The translations under genes were made by a program, and so were the position numbers. A stretch of DNA of 64,000 nucleotides. Source: Nitrospirota bacterium. Its GTDB lineage: Bacteria > Nitrospirota > UBA9217. The notes beneath the pieces are model-generated. The model was not told where the DNA came from. It searched no databases and saw only the letters and a list, made by a program, of their open reading frames with translations. Shown here in pieces: positions 60,733 to 64,000 of the stretch; position 1 is the first letter of the stretch; every line of letters begins with the position of its first letter. Location of the stretch: assembly GCA_963737155.1 (NCBI GenBank), contig CAVTRN010000002.1, forward strand, positions 384,001 to 448,000, written 5' to 3'.

Positions 60733-63579
60733 CTATGTTCGGTTAAGCACTTCCCTGACCTTGCTCAGCAGCTCCAGGGGCTTTACCGGCTTCGGCAGGA
60801 ACTCCGTACCGATCGGCAAGCCTTCCTGTGCGAAAACTTCTCCCGAATAACCGCTCATGAAAATACAGCGGATATTCGGGCTGGAAGTGCTGATCTTATG
60901 ATACGTTTCCAAGCCATTCATCTTTGGCATGATGCCGTCAAGAATTACGAGGTTAATTGTTGCGCGGTTTTCGTTGAACTGGATAACCGCCCTATTCCCG
61001 TCCTCTGCCTCGATCACCGTGTAGCCCATGTCCCGGAGGATGGCCGACGTCATATTGCGTAGTCTCGCGTCGTCTTCAGCCAGCAGGATCGTTTCGCTAC
61101 CACCACTGATCGGGACCGGAATTTGCTCCGCAGGTTCAGGCACGGCATTCGCCGTTCGGGCAATAGGGAAATAAACGTGAACGGCTGTCCCTTTCGCAGG
61201 CTCAGAATACACATTGATGAAACCATTGTGCGCTTTCACAATTCCATACACAGTGGCTAGTCCGAGACCGGTCCCTTTTCCCACTTCCTTGGTTGTGAAG
61301 AACGGCTCGAAAATCCTTTTTTTGGTCTCTTCGTTCATTCCAACGCCGGTGTCCGACACCGACAGCATGACATAGTCTCCCACCTTCCCGAAACCATGAA
61401 GCCGTATAAACGTCTGGTCCATGACACTGACCCTGGTATCAATACTCAGTTTCCCTCCTTTCGGCATGGCATCACGCGCATTCGTAACGAGATTCATGAC
61501 CACCTGCTCTATCTGTCCCCGATCTGACATGATCATGGGTTGCTCGGCCGAGTATCGGATCGCCATTTCGATGTCTTCGCGCAGCAGGCGGCGCAAGAAT
61601 TTCTCGAAATTCCTTATCATGGCGTTTAATTCATGAAGCTCTTTTTTCATGGGCTGTTTTCTGCTGAATGCGAGCAGGCTCTGAGTCAAAACGGCTGCGC
61701 GCTCCGAAGATTGCAGAATCTGGTCGATGTAGTGTCTCACCGGATTGTCGCCCTGCAGTTTCATCAGGGAAAGGTGGCCGTAGCCGATGATCGCGGACAG
61801 TATATTGTTGAAATCGTGTGCCACACCGCCGGCAAGCTGGCCGATCGCCTCCATTTTCTGCGCATGTCGGTATTGGTCTTCCAGTTTTTTCTTCTCGGTG
61901 ACATCGACACAGATCTCGATCACGGAAGTTATATTGCCCGCAGCGTCCCGCATGGCGTACGACTTTGTATCAACGAACATTGGGTTCCCGTGTTCATCGA
62001 ATTGCGTATGCAGAAATGCGACGTGTTTTCCGGTTTCGAAAGTATACTTCACAGAGCACTGTTCCCCGGCTTCAAAACAGGGGGTCGTGCGGTGGTGGGA
62101 TACTTCATAGCAGCATTTACCGATTGCGTTATCAATGGTTGTCCCGGCCTTGTCGCAAAAAGACTTGTTCGCAGAGATGATCCGGTAATCGCTGCCTACG
62201 ACGACAAAACCCTCATCCACGCTTTCAAGAATGCTTTTAATGAAAATTTCGTTCTGCTTTATCAACGATTCTGTCCGTTTGCGTTCGGTAGTATCACGGA
62301 AGATACCGACGAGGCACTGCTTTCCACCCACAGTCACCTGGGTGGCACTGATATCGGCATAAAAGACAGATCCGTCCTTTTTCAACATCGGGACCTCAGG
62401 CGCAAGAGAGATCTCGCCCCGCTGCTGTCTTTCAAAGATATCCCTAGCTGCGGGCAGGTCCTTTTCCGGATGAATATTGTCAATACTAAGGCCAACGATC
62501 TCATCGCGGGTATACCCAAACATGAGGCATATGGCTTTATTAGCTTCAATAATAATTTTGCTCTCTGTGTCGGCGATCATGATCCCATCCGTCGCCTGTT
62601 CGACTATTGACCGGAACTTGTCTTCGCTTTCCCGCAGGCTTTCTTCAGTCCGTTTACGTTCGTCGATAGTGTGGACCAGTTCTTTGTTAATTTTTAAAAT
62701 TGATCCATACCGCCAGTATGCCATGCCGCAGATGGCGATGAACAGGAATAATCCACTCGCAAAAAGTATTTTATTGGCCGTCCAGTACGGTGCAGGCGCG
62801 CCGTACCATCTGATATAGATCTGCTGATATGCGGGGCTTCCAATAAAACCTTTCAGGGCATTGTTTAACCGCTCCTGTAATTGCACATTGCTCTTGCCTA
62901 CTACCAAACATCTTTCCTGCTCGGAGAAGGACTTTCCGATTTTCTTGATGCGGTCTTCCAGGCCAGTTTCCCTTGCCTGTTTTTGAATCATTGATTCCTC
63001 GCCGGCGAATAAATCGATTTTCCCGGCGAGAAGGCTGAAAAATCCTTCTTGATAACTGCCTTCAGCCGAGAGTTTCGTCCCCGGCCGGTTTTCAAGTTGT
63101 TCGTAGCTTTGACTGCCCCTTATAACGCCTATGGTGTATCCCAGAGGCACCGTGGCGGGATTTACCCTGCTTTCAGACCGGGCAAAATAGGAAAGATTGG
63201 CTATGTCTATCGGGGAGCTGAACAGTAGTATCTTTTCGCGATCGTCGCTCTTGAGCAGGACACTGATCTCTGCCTCGCCGGTCTCTACCGAAGTTATCAT
63301 TTCCGGCCAACCTGGTTTACAAATATAGCTGACCTCCAACCCAGCACGCCTAGCTACGCTGTTGATAATATCCACGGCAAAGCCAGAAGGTTTGCCGGAA
63401 TTTTTGTCCCAAAAAGTGATTGGCGCGTAACTGCAGTGGACAACTGCAGTTACCTTTTTAGGAGCTATTTGTTTCTGAGAGGATTCGGCCCATGACGAAG
63501 CGACGCAGGCCAAGATTATGATCAAGGTAGCGATAAAGGGTCCGCAGACCTTTCTGATTTTGTGCTTGGAAGTAGTCAT
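60733..63579 (-). CDS. Hybrid histidine kinase with periplasmic SBP_bac_3 domain, 2 PAS and REC
   Basis: YAPITF..PSGFAVDI binding-protein domain, [18 protein letters not shown]. Confidence 0.95.
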   Translation of the reverse strand: MTTSKHKIRKVCGPFIATLIIILACVASSWAESSQKQIAPKKVTAVVHCSYAPITFWDKNSGKPSGFAVDIINSVARRAGLEVSYICKPGWPEMITSVETGEAEISVLLKSDDREKILLFSSPIDIANLSYFARSESRVNPATVPLGYTIGVIRGSQSYEQLENRPGTKLSAEGSYQEGFFSLLAGKIDLFAGEESMIQKQARETGLEDRIKKIGKSFSEQERCLVVGKSNVQLQERLNNALKGFIGSPAYQQIYIRWYGAPAPYWTANKILFASGLFLFIAICGMAYWRYGSILKINKELVHTIDERKRTEESLRESEDKFRSIVEQATDGIMIADTESKIIIEANKAICLMFGYTRDEIVGLSIDNIHPEKDLPAARDIFERQQRGEISLAPEVPMLKKDGSVFYADISATQVTVGGKQCLVGIFRDTTERKRTESLIKQNEIFIKSILESVDEGFVVVGSDYRIISANKSFCDKAGTTIDNAIGKCCYEVSHHRTTPCFEAGEQCSVKYTFETGKHVAFLHTQFDEHGNPMFVDTKSYAMRDAAGNITSVIEICVDVTEKKKLEDQYRHAQKMEAIGQLAGGVAHDFNNILSAIIGYGHLSLMKLQGDNPVRHYIDQILQSSERAAVLTQSLLAFSRKQPMKKELHELNAMIRNFEKFLRRLLREDIEMAIRYSAEQPMIMSDRGQIEQVVMNLVTNARDAMPKGGKLSIDTRVSVMDQTFIRLHGFGKVGDYVMLSVSDTGVGMNEETKKRIFEPFFTTKEVGKGTGLGLATVYGIVKAHNGFINVYSEPAKGTAVHVYFPIARTANAVPEPAEQIPVPISGGSETILLAEDDARLRNMTSAILRDMGYTVIEAEDGNRAVIQFNENRATINLVILDGIMPKMNGLETYHKISTSSPNIRCIFMSGYSGEVFAQEGLPIGTEFLPKPVKPLELLSKVREVLNRT

Positions 63580-63934
63580 TTCAGAATCTTGAAAGTATGC
63601 TCGACGACAAGATAAATTAGCGAACCGATGATACTGACGTGAAACAACCCTAACAAGAAGAGTCGGTCAAAGTCCCTTGGACTGCATGTTTTTTTGTCCG
63701 CAGTACGCTGGATCATGGTGCATTACTGTGCTTATTGACGATTTTATTTGTACTTCATCGTTCTTATCGGATTTATGGGAAAAAATCTTTAAGGAATAGC
63801 GCGCTTCAGTCGCGATATATTGAAAGCTTGGCCAAGGGAAACGAGTGTCGGATTATTGATTATGCACTTTGCCCTGTCATATTTACGACTCCGATAAATG
63901 CGAGGGTTCCCCATCATTTCAGGATATTACAGTA

Positions 63935-63950
63935 TGGCATACACTTTGCA
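63935..63950 (+). promoter_or_regulatory. Candidate sigma54 promoter for a gene beyond the window
   Basis: TGGCATACACTTTGCA, near consensus with exact spacing. Confidence 0.6.
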
Positions 63951-64000
63951 CTTAATATTACGGTTCATAGAATGCCGCGTGCTCCATCGCATGGCGAAGC

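Overview
Bacterial accessory region of roughly 50% GC with AT-rich spacers. Gene style suggests an anaerobic Nitrospirota/Desulfobacterota-like organism (inference only). It is dominated by signal transduction: six intact histidine kinases, several response regulators, and a c-di-GMP cluster (REC-PilZ, two REC-HD-GYP, 7TM-PAS-GGDEF, bacteriohemerythrin) around a kinase with an 8-Cys domain inserted in a HAMP-like segment. Other genes: modABC plus molbindin, a CzcA/CusA-type RND efflux locus, cardiolipin synthase, L,D-transpeptidase and non-heme haloperoxidase. There is an intact IS481-like element with a 6-bp TSD, an IS110 remnant, a degenerate tRNA-fMet 3' half (att-like) and many gene relics. 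Most notable: (1) a DUF2844 + Ig-repeat-stalked DUF3443 lipoprotein pair whose head carries a full two-lobed pepsin-like aspartic protease signature; (2) an RND periplasmic adaptor lacking both halves of its lipoyl domain; (3) a GlmS with an ~82-aa Cys-containing C-terminal extension behind a UAS/IHF/sigma54-like promoter; (4) a 31-bp inverted repeat centred on a perfect IHF site. All calls are by eye; no database searches were run.
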